Assembly (NCBI GenBank): GCA_965279125.1 | Contig: CBDIHL010000038.1 | Span: forward strand, 124,302 to 188,301 | Length of the DNA: 64,000 nt | Source of the DNA: Dinoroseobacter sp. | GTDB taxonomy: Bacteria; Pseudomonadota; Alphaproteobacteria; Rhodobacterales; Rhodobacteraceae | Reading direction: 5' to 3' | Part shown: positions 53,481 to 64,000 of the stretch, piece by piece | Layout: every line of letters begins with the position of its first letter | Position numbering within the stretch: position 1 is the first letter of the stretch | Made by a program: the position numbers and the translations under genes | The notes under the pieces: generated by a model | What the model was told of the DNA's origin: nothing | What the model saw: only the letters and a program-made list of their open reading frames with translations | The model's database searches: none

Positions 53481-54493
53481 GCGACAAGAAACCCCCGTAT
53501 TTCCCGCCGCCACCGATCGCACCAGCGAAAGTGGCGATCTTTGCGCGCATGCCCCCGGCGGTGTTCCCGTCGATCATGGGCGCGTTCGGGATCGGGCTGG
53601 CCTGGCGCGCCTATGCCGAGACCTTCGCCAAAGAGCCGGTGATCTCGGAAATGATCCTCGGGGCGGTGTCGCTGCTGTTTTTGTTTGCGCTGCTGGGCTA
53701 TCTCGCCAAGCTGGTGCGCCGCCCGTCGGTGATTGCCGATGATCTGCGCGTGCTGCCGGGACGGGCAGGGGTCACGGCGGGGTCTTTGTGCATCGCGCTG
53801 TTTGCCGCCACCCTGGTGCCCTACGCGCCCGAAATTGCGCGGATCGTGCTTGGCCTTGCGATCTCTACCCAGTTGGGTCTGGCTGTGTTGATCATCTGGG
53901 TCTTTGCAAGCGGTCCTCCCGAGCAGCGCCAGGTTACGCCCGTATGGCATCTCAGCTTCGTGGGCTTCATTCTGCTGCCGCTCTCGGCAATCCCGCTTGG
54001 GTTTCTGGCGCTGGCGCAGATCCTGTTTCTGGGAACAGTGCTGGCCGCGTTCCTGATCTATGCCATCAGTCTTGGCCAGGTGATCCGGCGCGACCCGCCA
54101 CCGCCTTTGCGCCCGCTTCTCGCAATCCATCTGGCCCCCGTCAGCCTGTTTGCAACCGTCTCGCTGTTGTTCGACTATCCGCAGATTGCGTTGGCCAGTG
54201 CCAGCCTTGCCACGCTTTTGCTGGCCGTTTTGGTGGTGAAAGCCCGCTACCTGACCGCCGCCGGGTTTAGCCCGCTTTGGGGGGCTTTCACCTTCCCGCT
54301 CGCGGCCTATACGGGGATGCTGTTGATGCTGGGCGGCAGAGGCCTCGGCCCCCTTTATGGCGATGTGGCCCGGATTGCGGGGGTCTGTCTGTTGGTCGCG
54401 GCAAGCGGTCTGATCGGCTATATCCTGTTTCGGGTGCTCAAGATGTGGGCCAAAGGAACGCTCGCGCCAAAAACAAATGCTGCGACTGCATAA
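53477..54493 (+). CDS. TehA/SLAC1 (TDT) family anion channel/transporter-like membrane protein
   Basis: About 10 TMs. N-terminal FGIGLAW and C-terminal WGAFTFPLAAY motifs are characteristic of the TDT family. ATGA overlap with the aldolase gene. Confidence 0.65.
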   Translation: MSDKKPPYFPPPPIAPAKVAIFARMPPAVFPSIMGAFGIGLAWRAYAETFAKEPVISEMILGAVSLLFLFALLGYLAKLVRRPSVIADDLRVLPGRAGVTAGSLCIALFAATLVPYAPEIARIVLGLAISTQLGLAVLIIWVFASGPPEQRQVTPVWHLSFVGFILLPLSAIPLGFLALAQILFLGTVLAAFLIYAISLGQVIRRDPPPPLRPLLAIHLAPVSLFATVSLLFDYPQIALASASLATLLLAVLVVKARYLTAAGFSPLWGAFTFPLAAYTGMLLMLGGRGLGPLYGDVARIAGVCLLVAASGLIGYILFRVLKMWAKGTLAPKTNAATA

Positions 54494-54536
54494 CGGTGCC
54501 GCACAGCCTTTCCTTTTCCCCGATCCCGTGAAATAG

Positions 54537-56027
<1,491 letters not shown>

Positions 56028-57197
56028 GTGACGCCCGCCGCGCGGGTTGCTGCCGCGATCGAGGTGCTCGACAGTGTGATTGCGGGTCAGGCGAGCGAGG
56101 CGGCGCTGCTCGCGTGGGCGCGGGGCAGTCGCTATGCGGGCTCCAAAGACCGCGCCGCCGTGCGCAATCTGGTGTTTGAGGCAAGGCGCAAATGGGCGTC
56201 GAGCCGCGCCTATGGCGGCGCGGAGACCGGGCGCGCGATCATTTTGGGGCTTCTGCGCCAGTCCGGGACCGATATCGCCCCGCTTTTTTCCGGGGCAGGC
56301 TATGGGCCTGATCCGCTGACCGAGGCAGAGGTCGCGCAGCTGGACGCACCGGTTGCGTTAAGCGATGCGGACCGGCTTGATCTGCCCGAATGGCTGTGGA
56401 CGCGGTTGGCCCACCAATATACCGACGCGGCGGAGGCGATTGCAGCCTCGCTGCGGGACCGCGCGACGGTGTTCTTGCGGGTCAATACCGCAAGGATCAC
56501 GCGCACGGAGGTCGTCGAAACCCTGCGCGAAACCGGGATTGAGACGCGGCCACATGCGCTTGCATCCACGGCGCTCGAGGTGATCTCCGGCGCGCGCCAA
56601 ATTCGCAATTGCCAAGCCTATCTGGACGGATTGGTCGAGCTGCAAGACGCCGCGTCGCAAGCGGTTGTCGAGGCTCTTGGCCCCACCGACGACACCACAG
56701 TGCTGGATTACTGCGCGGGTGGGGGCGGCAAGGCCTTGGCGCTCGCAGCCCAGGGGGCACGGGTCAGCGCCCATGACATCGCCCCCGAGCGCATGTCCGA
56801 CGTGCCGGTTCGGGCCGCGCGGGCAGGGGCTGAGGTGCGGTGCATGGGTCCAGATGACCTCGACAGATCGGCGCGCTATGATCTGGTGCTCTGCGATGCG
56901 CCTTGTTCGGGATCTGGCGCATGGCGGCGCAGTCCCGATGGCAAATGGAAGCTGTCCGAGGCGGATCTGGACAATCTGCACCAGACGCAAGCGGATGTGC
57001 TGGGGGCTGCACAAACGCTCGTCGGGGATGGGGGGCGGTTGGCTTATGTGACCTGCTCGATCCTTGAGGGTGAGAATGACGCGACCGTTGCCGGTTTTCT
57101 GCGCGATCACCCCGATTGGGAGCCTGACACGCGCGCAAGCTGGCTGCCGACCGAGGGGGCTGACGGCTTCTTTCTGCAAATTTTGAAACGCGCTTAA
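56028..57197 (+). CDS. RsmB/Sun-family SAM-dependent RNA m5C methyltransferase
   Basis: DYCAGGGGKALAL SAM motif, DAPCSGSGAWRR catalytic Cys motif, YVTCS. GTG start directly after the guaB stop. Confidence 0.8.
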   Translation: MTPAARVAAAIEVLDSVIAGQASEAALLAWARGSRYAGSKDRAAVRNLVFEARRKWASSRAYGGAETGRAIILGLLRQSGTDIAPLFSGAGYGPDPLTEAEVAQLDAPVALSDADRLDLPEWLWTRLAHQYTDAAEAIAASLRDRATVFLRVNTARITRTEVVETLRETGIETRPHALASTALEVISGARQIRNCQAYLDGLVELQDAASQAVVEALGPTDDTTVLDYCAGGGGKALALAAQGARVSAHDIAPERMSDVPVRAARAGAEVRCMGPDDLDRSARYDLVLCDAPCSGSGAWRRSPDGKWKLSEADLDNLHQTQADVLGAAQTLVGDGGRLAYVTCSILEGENDATVAGFLRDHPDWEPDTRASWLPTEGADGFFLQILKRA

Positions 57198-57245
57198 CGC
57201 GTTTTATCGGACTACCCACAACCCAAGATTGCAATCGTTCGGCTG

Positions 57246-57260
57246 TTAAGGCATGCTTAA
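57246..57260. promoter_or_regulatory. CtrA-type box TTAA-N7-TTAA
   Basis: TTAAGGCATGCTTAA lies about 55 nt upstream of the CckA-like kinase start. Confidence 0.4.
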
Positions 57261-57314
57261 GAGGTCTGCCGCCATACCTGTATTTTCAGGGATGGCCCTG
57301 AACGGAGGGTCTTT

Positions 57315-59639
57315 GTGACACCAAACGCCACGCTCAAGCGGCCCAATTGGCGCGCTGTGCATGCTCTTTTCCGGCGCTCAAGCGTGCTGCTTTGGGCGGC
57401 CGCAATCTTTGCGCTCGGGGCTGCGATTGCTGTGGATGACATGTTGCGCCTTGCTCTTATGACTGCCGCGGGTACCCTTTTGGCCCTTGTTGGCTTGTTG
57501 CGCGGTATCTCGTCGTTCACAGACCACACCCGCAGCCATGACGAACAAGTTTTACAACAGTTCCTCGACACAGAAAGCGCACCCAGCATTCTGTTTGATC
57601 CCAACCATGTTGTTGTCTGGGCCAACCAATCAGCGCTGAGCGCCTTTCCTCGTTTGTATGATGACGGCATGGCAAAGGGCCTCAAATCGCTGTTGCCTGA
57701 TCCTGCATCCTTACTGCGTCAATTGCAGGCGCGCCTTGGATCCCGTGACCGGGTGAGCGAAGACGTGGTTACCCGTAAAGCCCATTTTCGGGCTGCCTTG
57801 CATAGAATGAGCCTTGGACGGTTGCTGCTGCGGCTTGAACATATTTCGGAAAAAGTGGGCGAGACCGCGTCTGGCGGCCCTATGACAGCAGTTCCGCTCA
57901 TGACCATCAGCGCCAAAGGCACCGTGCTCTCGATGAACGAGGCGATGCGTCAGATTGTTGGCAAACGCGTGCATCACGTAGACCGAGTTTTCCCAGCCCC
58001 ATTGCCGGAAACGGGGGAGGTTGCGTTGATCCGTAACGCGGCCGGCACGACGGACCGTGTGCGTGTCTACCATACGGCATTGGCCGGAGATCGCCGCGAA
58101 GTAGCTGTGATGGTCGACGGACTTGGGATCGATGCGCCAGCGTCTGGGTTTAGCGCGGACGACCTGCCTGTGGCTTTGCTCCACTTAGGACGCGGCGGCC
58201 AGATTATAGATGCAAACGAGCCTGCCCGCACGCTTTTGCGACTGAACGAGAGCCAACCTTTAGGCACGTTGGGCGAAGTGGTCACTGACCTTGGGCGATC
58301 TGTCGCAGATTGGGTCAATGAAGCAATCGAAGCGGCAGCGCCAGCAAAGCCCGAAATTGTCCGATTGCAAAAGACGGCCGAGGACAACTTCATTCAGATC
58401 AGCTTATCTGCAGGACGACAAGAAGGCGTTCCGGAAGTCACGGCGGTGCTGCATGACGCAACCGAGCTGAAAACCCTCGAGGCGCAATTTATCCAAGGCC
58501 AGAAGATGCATGCCATAGGGCAGTTGGCAGGCGGTGTGGCGCATGATTTTAACAATCTTTTGACTGCAATTTCAGGACATTGCGATCTCTTGTTGTTGCG
58601 CCATGACCAAGGTGATGGCGATTATGCTGATCTTGAGCAGATCAATCAAAACGCAAACCGCGCCTCGGCACTTGTGGGACAGTTGTTAGCATTTTCTCGC
58701 AAACAGACCTTGCTACCAGAGGTGATTGATCTGCGCGACACACTTGCCGATCTCACCCATCTTCTTAATCGCCTGGTGGGCGAAAAGATGATCTTATCCC
58801 TTTACCATGATCCAGATCTTCCCTCAGTGCGCGCCGACAAACGCCAGTTGGAACAAGTGCTTATGAACCTTGTCGTCAATGCACGTGATGCCATGCCAAA
58901 CGGAGGCGACATTACAATTGAAACCAAGCGCGTGGTCTTGACCGAGCCATTAAACAAAGCGCGCGCGGTTGTTCCGATTGGCGAATACGCCTGTATCTCG
59001 GTCTGCGATCAGGGGATCGGAATTCCGCCGGACTTGCTCGCGAAGATATTCGAGCCGTTCTATTCGACCAAACGCGTGGGCGAGGGAACCGGCCTTGGAT
59101 TGTCCACCGCGTACGGCATCGTTAAACAGTCTGGTGGCTTCATCTTTGTTGACAGCAATGTGGGAAAAGGCACTGAGTTTACGCTATTTTTTCCCAGTTA
59201 TCACGGTGCGATCACCGTCGCTCCGAAAGCCATTGAGGCAAAACTGCCACCGACGCCCAAGATCGACCCCGGCGATGCGGTCATCTTGCTGGTCGAAGAT
59301 GAAGCCCCCGTGCGTGCCTTTGCGGCTCGGGCACTCAGGTTGCGAGGGTTCACTGTGTTGGAAGCGGCAAGCGCCGAAGAGGCGCTCGATACGCTCGCCA
59401 GCGATGGGCTACATGTGGACCTGTTCGTCAGTGATGTGGTGATGCCAGGTATGGACGGGCCAAGCTGGGTCCGAAAAGCCCGCGAAGTGCGCCCGGACAT
59501 CCGGGCTGTCTTTGTGTCAGGTTATGCAGAGGACCTGCTGACAGGCAACGAATCGAGCATGGAGAACGCGGTTTTCCTTCCCAAGCCGTTCTCACTTCAA
59601 CAACTGACCGAAACTGTCCAAGCGCAGTTGGAAGCTTAA
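57315..59639 (+). CDS. hybrid sensor histidine kinase/response regulator, CckA-like architecture (2 TM, PAS regions, HisKA, HATPase, REC)
   Basis: H-box LAGGVAHDFNNLLTAISG, N-box NLVVNARDAM, G-boxes DQGIGI and GTGLGLS, C-terminal REC (ILLVEDE...SDVVMPGMDG...KPF). GTG 57315 follows GGAGGG. Confidence 0.8.
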   Translation: MTPNATLKRPNWRAVHALFRRSSVLLWAAAIFALGAAIAVDDMLRLALMTAAGTLLALVGLLRGISSFTDHTRSHDEQVLQQFLDTESAPSILFDPNHVVVWANQSALSAFPRLYDDGMAKGLKSLLPDPASLLRQLQARLGSRDRVSEDVVTRKAHFRAALHRMSLGRLLLRLEHISEKVGETASGGPMTAVPLMTISAKGTVLSMNEAMRQIVGKRVHHVDRVFPAPLPETGEVALIRNAAGTTDRVRVYHTALAGDRREVAVMVDGLGIDAPASGFSADDLPVALLHLGRGGQIIDANEPARTLLRLNESQPLGTLGEVVTDLGRSVADWVNEAIEAAAPAKPEIVRLQKTAEDNFIQISLSAGRQEGVPEVTAVLHDATELKTLEAQFIQGQKMHAIGQLAGGVAHDFNNLLTAISGHCDLLLLRHDQGDGDYADLEQINQNANRASALVGQLLAFSRKQTLLPEVIDLRDTLADLTHLLNRLVGEKMILSLYHDPDLPSVRADKRQLEQVLMNLVVNARDAMPNGGDITIETKRVVLTEPLNKARAVVPIGEYACISVCDQGIGIPPDLLAKIFEPFYSTKRVGEGTGLGLSTAYGIVKQSGGFIFVDSNVGKGTEFTLFFPSYHGAITVAPKAIEAKLPPTPKIDPGDAVILLVEDEAPVRAFAARALRLRGFTVLEAASAEEALDTLASDGLHVDLFVSDVVMPGMDGPSWVRKAREVRPDIRAVFVSGYAEDLLTGNESSMENAVFLPKPFSLQQLTETVQAQLEA

Positions 59640-59739
59640 ATCAGCATCCAAAATTCAAGCACTCTGATCGCTTTATATATTCTGTTTACCTGCCATTAAC
59701 CGGTGGCAAGCCAAAGTATGCAAACAATATGCTTGAAAT

Positions 59740-59754
59740 GTTCTTCATTTGATC
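59740..59754. promoter_or_regulatory. possible second, imperfect SOS half-site pair (GTTC-N7-GATC)
   Basis: GTTCTTCATTTGATC lies 16 nt upstream of the perfect box, with one mismatch to GTTC-N7-GTTC. Confidence 0.3.
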
Positions 59755-59769
59755 TCATAACGAACAAAA

Positions 59770-59784
59770 GAACAGGTCAAGAAC
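59770..59784. promoter_or_regulatory. LexA (SOS) box, alphaproteobacterial type GAAC-N7-GAAC
   Basis: GAACAGGTCAAGAAC lies about 50 nt upstream of the recA ATG. A further GAAC at 59762-59765 sits 4 nt upstream. Confidence 0.7.
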
Positions 59785-59833
59785 AAACCATAGATTGCCG
59801 CCCCAAGGGCGGTCTGACATAAGGGGCAAGACA

Positions 59834-60919
59834 ATGGCTTTAGCGGATTTAATGGATGTGACCGACAAACGCAGCAACGACAAGAAAGCAGCCGAGAAGC
59901 AAAAAGCACTCGACGGAGCCTTGGCTCAGATCGAGCGTCAGTTTGGCAAGGGCTCCATCATGAAGCTGGGCGGCGAGAACGCCATCCAGCAAATCGAAGC
60001 GACGTCCACGGGATCCTTGGGTCTTGATATTGCGCTTGGGATTGGCGGTTTGCCGAAAGGGCGCATCATCGAGATCTATGGCCCGGAATCTTCGGGCAAG
60101 ACAACGTTGACGCTGCACTGTGTCGCCGAAGAGCAGAAAAAGGGCGGCGTGTGCGCGTTTGTCGACGCGGAACACGCGCTCGATCCACAATATGCCCGCA
60201 AGCTTGGCGTCAATCTGGACGATCTCTTGATCAGCCAGCCCGACAATGGTGAACAAGCCCTTGAAATCACAGACACATTGGTGCGCTCTGGTGCGGTTAA
60301 TGTGGTTGTGGTGGACTCAGTGGCAGCCCTGACACCGCGCTCTGAGCTTGAAGGCGATATGGGCGATGCGTCTGTTGGAGTGCACGCGCGCCTTATGAGC
60401 CAAGCCATGCGCAAGCTGACCGGATCCATCGCGCGGTCCAATTGCATGGTGATTTTCATCAACCAAATCCGGATGAAGATTGGCGTTATGTTTGGCTCGC
60501 CTGAGACAACAACAGGTGGCAACGCGTTGAAGTTCTACTCATCGGTGCGCCTTGATATCCGTCGTATCGGCGCGATCAAGGACCGCGACGAGATTGTCGG
60601 CAATGCAACGCGTGTCAAAGTCGTCAAGAACAAGGTCGCCCCTCCGTTCAAGCAGGTAGAGTTCGACATCATGTATGGCGAAGGCATCTCTAAGATGGGC
60701 GAATTGCTTGATCTAGGTGTCAAAGCGGGCGTTGTTGAGAAGTCCGGCAGCTGGTTCTCCTACGGGGATGAGCGGATCGGGCAAGGGCGTGAAAACGCAA
60801 AAGGATTTCTGCGCGACAACCCAAAGATTTCCTACGCGATCGAGGATAAAATCCGTGCGGCCCATGGCCTCGACTTCGATATGCCTCCGGGGGATGAAGA
60901 CGCGGTGACGGAAGACTAA
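59834..60919 (+). CDS. recA: recombinase RecA
   Basis: [22 protein letters not shown], Walker [10 protein letters not shown], and full-length RecA sequence. ATG 59834 follows AAGGGG. Confidence 0.97.
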   Translation: MALADLMDVTDKRSNDKKAAEKQKALDGALAQIERQFGKGSIMKLGGENAIQQIEATSTGSLGLDIALGIGGLPKGRIIEIYGPESSGKTTLTLHCVAEEQKKGGVCAFVDAEHALDPQYARKLGVNLDDLLISQPDNGEQALEITDTLVRSGAVNVVVVDSVAALTPRSELEGDMGDASVGVHARLMSQAMRKLTGSIARSNCMVIFINQIRMKIGVMFGSPETTTGGNALKFYSSVRLDIRRIGAIKDRDEIVGNATRVKVVKNKVAPPFKQVEFDIMYGEGISKMGELLDLGVKAGVVEKSGSWFSYGDERIGQGRENAKGFLRDNPKISYAIEDKIRAAHGLDFDMPPGDEDAVTED

Positions 60920-60954
60920 GCGCATCAGGCGCAGCACATCTCACATTCTGGAAA

Positions 60955-60982
60955 GGCCCCGCATTTTGCGGGGTCTTTTCGT
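60955..60982 (+). terminator. Rho-independent terminator after recA
   Basis: CCCCGC-ATTTT-GCGGGG stem-loop followed by TCTTTTCGTTT. Confidence 0.75.
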
Positions 60983-61068
60983 TTCAAATCAAGCGCTGCC
61001 ATAGACAGCGTCGCAGCGCATCGCTACATCGGCACTACGTTCAAAATTGTCCGATCCAGAGTAGCCAA

Positions 61069-63720
61069 ATGCCAAGCCTGAATGATATCCGAGCCACCTT
61101 TCTCGACTTTTTTGAGCGTAACGGCCATGCGGTTGTAGACAGCTCACCGCTTGTTCCGCGCAATGATCCGACCCTGATGTTTACCAACTCCGGCATGGTG
61201 CAGTTCAAGAACGTGTTCACCGGGCTTGAGCATCGCGACTACACCCGCGCGACCACCAGCCAGAAATGCGTGCGCGCGGGCGGCAAACACAATGATCTCG
61301 ACAATGTTGGCTATACCGCACGCCACCATACCTTCTTCGAAATGCTCGGAAATTTCAGCTTTGGCGATTATTTCAAAGACGACGCGATCCCGTTTGCCTG
61401 GAACTTGATCACCGGCGAATACGGGATCGACAAGGAAAAGCTATTGGTCACGGTCTATCACACCGATGACGAGGCGGCGGCCATCTGGAAGAAGGTCGGT
61501 GTGCCAGAGGACCGCATCATTCGGATCGCAACCTCTGACAATTTTTGGCAGATGGGACCGACGGGGCCATGCGGGCCATGCACCGAAATCTTCTACGATC
61601 ATGGCGATCACATTTGGGGTGGTCCTCCGGGAAGTGCCGATGAAGATGGCGATAGGTTCATCGAGATTTGGAACGTTGTGTTCATGCAGAATGAACAATT
61701 CGCAGACGGCTCAATGACGCCTTTGAACATGCAATCCATCGACACCGGCATGGGGCTTGAGCGGATCGGCGCGCTGCTGCAAGGAAAGCATGACAATTAC
61801 GACACTGACTTGATGCGTGCCCTTATCGAAGCCTCTGCGCATGCGACCAGCGCAGATCCAGATGGCCCCGGCAAGATGCACCACCGCGTGATCGCGGATC
61901 ACTTGAGGTCTTGTTCGTTCCTCATCGCAGATGGTGTGATGCCGTCGAACGAAGGGCGCGGATATGTGCTGCGCCGGATCATGCGCCGTGCGATGCGCCA
62001 TGCCCATCAATTGGGGGGAAAAGATCCGGTGATGCACCGGCTGGTCCCATCGCTTGTGGCGCAAATGGGTCAAGCCTTTCCCGAATTGGGGCGTGCCAAG
62101 GCTTTGATAGAAGAGACACTTCTACTGGAAGAGACGCGTTTCAAGCAAACCTTGGATCGCGGCTTGAGGTTGCTCGATGATGAACTGGCAGGTTTACCAG
62201 AAAAGGCCGCTCTGCCTGGTGAGGCCGCGTTCAAGCTTTATGATACCTACGGATTCCCGCTCGATCTGACGCAAGACGCATTGCGTGAAAAGGGTCGCGA
62301 TGTCGATGTTGCAGGATTTGACACGGCAATGGCAGAACAAAAAGCGAAGGCGCGGGCCGCCTGGTCCGGGACCGGAGAGACGGCAGATGCCGCCATTTGG
62401 TTTGACCTCGCCGAGCAACATGGCCCGACCGAATTTCTGGGATACGACACCGAAAAGGCGGAAGGGCAGATCCTTGCGCTGGTTATGGACGGAACGGATC
62501 ATGCAGGTGTGAACCAAGGCGATGCAGTTCAGATTATAGTGAATCAGACGCCATGTTATGCCGAAAGTGGGGGACAGGTTGGCGATCAGGCAGTGCTGAA
62601 AACTGATACCGGAACCGCGCGTATCACCGACACGAAGAAGGCCGAAGGGCTATTTATCCATGTCGCCGAAATCACCGAGGGCAGCTTGGCTCGCGGGCAA
62701 GGTGCAGAATTAGCCGTTGACCACGCGCGTCGTTCAACAATAAGGGCCAATCACTCGGCAACGCATTTGTTGCATGAAGCGTTGCGACAAGCCTTGGGCG
62801 ATCATGTTGCGCAGCGCGGATCGCTGAACGCGCCGGATCGTCTGCGGTTTGATTTTAGCCACGCGAAAGCTCTGAGCCCCGAGGAATTGGCGCGCGTTGA
62901 TGCGGAGGTAAATGCCTATATCCGGCAAAATGCGCCGGTTGATACACGGATCATGACCCCTGATGAGGCTCGTGACCTGGGCGCGCAGGCTCTGTTTGGC
63001 GAGAAATACGGTGACGAAGTACGTGTCGTGTCCATGGGCACTCAAGATGGGACTGGCAAAGGGCGCGAAAAAAACACCTATTCGCTAGAGCTATGCGGTG
63101 GCACCCATGTCCAGCGCACCGGTGATATCGGTCTGTTTGTTACCCTTGGCGACAGCGCATCCAGCGCGGGTGTTCGACGTATTGAGGCTTTGACAGGGCA
63201 GGCGGCCTTTGACCACCTTTCCATGCAAGATCAACGGCTTGCCGACACAGCAGCTAAGCTTCGCGCACAACCATCAGATGTGCCCGAGCGTGTGCAGAGC
63301 CTTCTGGACGAGCGCAAGGCTCTTCAGAATGAGATCGCAAGCCTCCGGCGTGAGATCGCGATGGGCGGCGGTGGCGGCACAGAGGTTGAAATCCGCGAGG
63401 TTGGCGGAACGAAACTGATCGCTCAAGCCCTCGACGGCGTGTCAGGCAAAGAATTGCCCGCCCTGATCGATGCCCACAAAGACAACATCGGCAGCGGCGT
63501 TGTTGTCATGATTGCCACGAATGACGACAAAGCGGCTGTTGCGGTCGGTGTGACGGATGATCTTTCCGGCGCACATACGGCCGTCGATATTGTCAAAGTT
63601 GCTGTGCAAGCGCTTGGCGGCAGAGGCGGCGGTGGTAAAGCCCATCTGGCGCAAGGCGGTGCTCCGGCCGGCGACACAGATGCCGCATTCGCCGCTGTAG
63701 AAACCCTTTTGAAAGGATAA
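61069..63720 (+). CDS. alaS: alanine--tRNA ligase
   Basis: [10 protein letters not shown]...SSPLVP N-terminus, [18 protein letters not shown], editing-domain HSATHLLH...CGGTH, C-terminal DHHA1 [12 protein letters not shown]. Confidence 0.97.
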   Translation: MPSLNDIRATFLDFFERNGHAVVDSSPLVPRNDPTLMFTNSGMVQFKNVFTGLEHRDYTRATTSQKCVRAGGKHNDLDNVGYTARHHTFFEMLGNFSFGDYFKDDAIPFAWNLITGEYGIDKEKLLVTVYHTDDEAAAIWKKVGVPEDRIIRIATSDNFWQMGPTGPCGPCTEIFYDHGDHIWGGPPGSADEDGDRFIEIWNVVFMQNEQFADGSMTPLNMQSIDTGMGLERIGALLQGKHDNYDTDLMRALIEASAHATSADPDGPGKMHHRVIADHLRSCSFLIADGVMPSNEGRGYVLRRIMRRAMRHAHQLGGKDPVMHRLVPSLVAQMGQAFPELGRAKALIEETLLLEETRFKQTLDRGLRLLDDELAGLPEKAALPGEAAFKLYDTYGFPLDLTQDALREKGRDVDVAGFDTAMAEQKAKARAAWSGTGETADAAIWFDLAEQHGPTEFLGYDTEKAEGQILALVMDGTDHAGVNQGDAVQIIVNQTPCYAESGGQVGDQAVLKTDTGTARITDTKKAEGLFIHVAEITEGSLARGQGAELAVDHARRSTIRANHSATHLLHEALRQALGDHVAQRGSLNAPDRLRFDFSHAKALSPEELARVDAEVNAYIRQNAPVDTRIMTPDEARDLGAQALFGEKYGDEVRVVSMGTQDGTGKGREKNTYSLELCGGTHVQRTGDIGLFVTLGDSASSAGVRRIEALTGQAAFDHLSMQDQRLADTAAKLRAQPSDVPERVQSLLDERKALQNEIASLRREIAMGGGGGTEVEIREVGGTKLIAQALDGVSGKELPALIDAHKDNIGSGVVVMIATNDDKAAVAVGVTDDLSGAHTAVDIVKVAVQALGGRGGGGKAHLAQGGAPAGDTDAAFAAVETLLKG

Positions 63721-63723
63721 CAT

Positions 63724-64000
63724 ATGTCTGCGTTTTGGATTGCCCATGTGACCGTCACGGATGAAGAAGCTTACGCGAAATACGCAGCCCTCGCGACGCA
63801 AGCCATTGCGGCCCATGGCGGAACGTTTCTGGCGCGTGGCGGCACGGCAATCCAAAAAGAAGGCCGTGCACATGCTCGCAATGTCGTTGCAACATTTCCG
63901 AGCTTGGATGCGGCAAACGACTGTTATGAAAGCAAAATCTATCAAGAAGCGCTCAGCCATGCGAAAGATGCGTCCGAACGGGATTTGGTCTTGGTTGAAG
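63724..64000 (+). CDS. DUF1330-domain protein (3' end cut by the window edge)
   Basis: My own translation from ATG 63724: MSAFWIAHVTVTDEEAYAKYAALATQAIAAHGGTFLARGG... It is open to nt 64000 and not in the ORF track because it is unterminated. Confidence 0.7.
   Translation, partial: MSAFWIAHVTVTDEEAYAKYAALATQAIAAHGGTFLARGGTAIQKEGRAHARNVVATFPSLDAANDCYESKIYQEALSHAKDASERDLVLVE

Overview
GC-rich, densely coding chromosomal segment that looks alphaproteobacterial, probably Rhodobacteraceae-like. Supporting signs are an aglEFGAK operon, a CheS-type che operon, a GAAC-N7-GAAC LexA box at recA and a TTAA-N7-TTAA box. I call about 54 protein-coding genes. By eye I found no rRNA, tRNA, CRISPR array, transposase or integrase. 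Layout: (i) 1-14.2 kb is a same-strand, tightly coupled 13-gene cluster of eukaryote-like phospho-signalling parts (2 Hanks Ser/Thr kinases, 1 PP2C phosphatase, 3 FHA domains). These are wired to envelope components: 2 vWA proteins, a trypsin-like protease, a LolCDE/MacB-type ABC pair, an exported FGE-sulfatase-domain protein and a lipoprotein. (ii) 14.2-22 kb holds iorAB plus a hotdog thioesterase, divergent from a TRAP transporter plus MarR. (iii) 22-36.2 kb is a Wzx/Wzy-type exopolysaccharide cluster. (iv) gcdH follows. (v) 37.5-42.4 kb is a cheS-cheY-cheA-cheW-cheR-cheY operon with no cheB, cheD or MCP. (vi) 42.5-52.6 kb holds glk-bglA-lacI divergent from aglEFGAK. (vii) The rest is an HpcH aldolase coupled to a TehA/SLAC1-like channel, guaB, rsmB-like, a CckA-like hybrid kinase, recA, alaS and a DUF1330 fragment. 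The most unusual item is block (i). Its parts list matches the Pseudomonas H1-T6SS threonine-phosphorylation pathway (TagQRST-PpkA-PppA-Fha1), yet no T6SS structural gene is visible. Its FHA readers are fused across the membrane to a periplasmic protease and a periplasmic vWA domain. All functional calls rest on motifs read by eye in the supplied translations; no database search was run.
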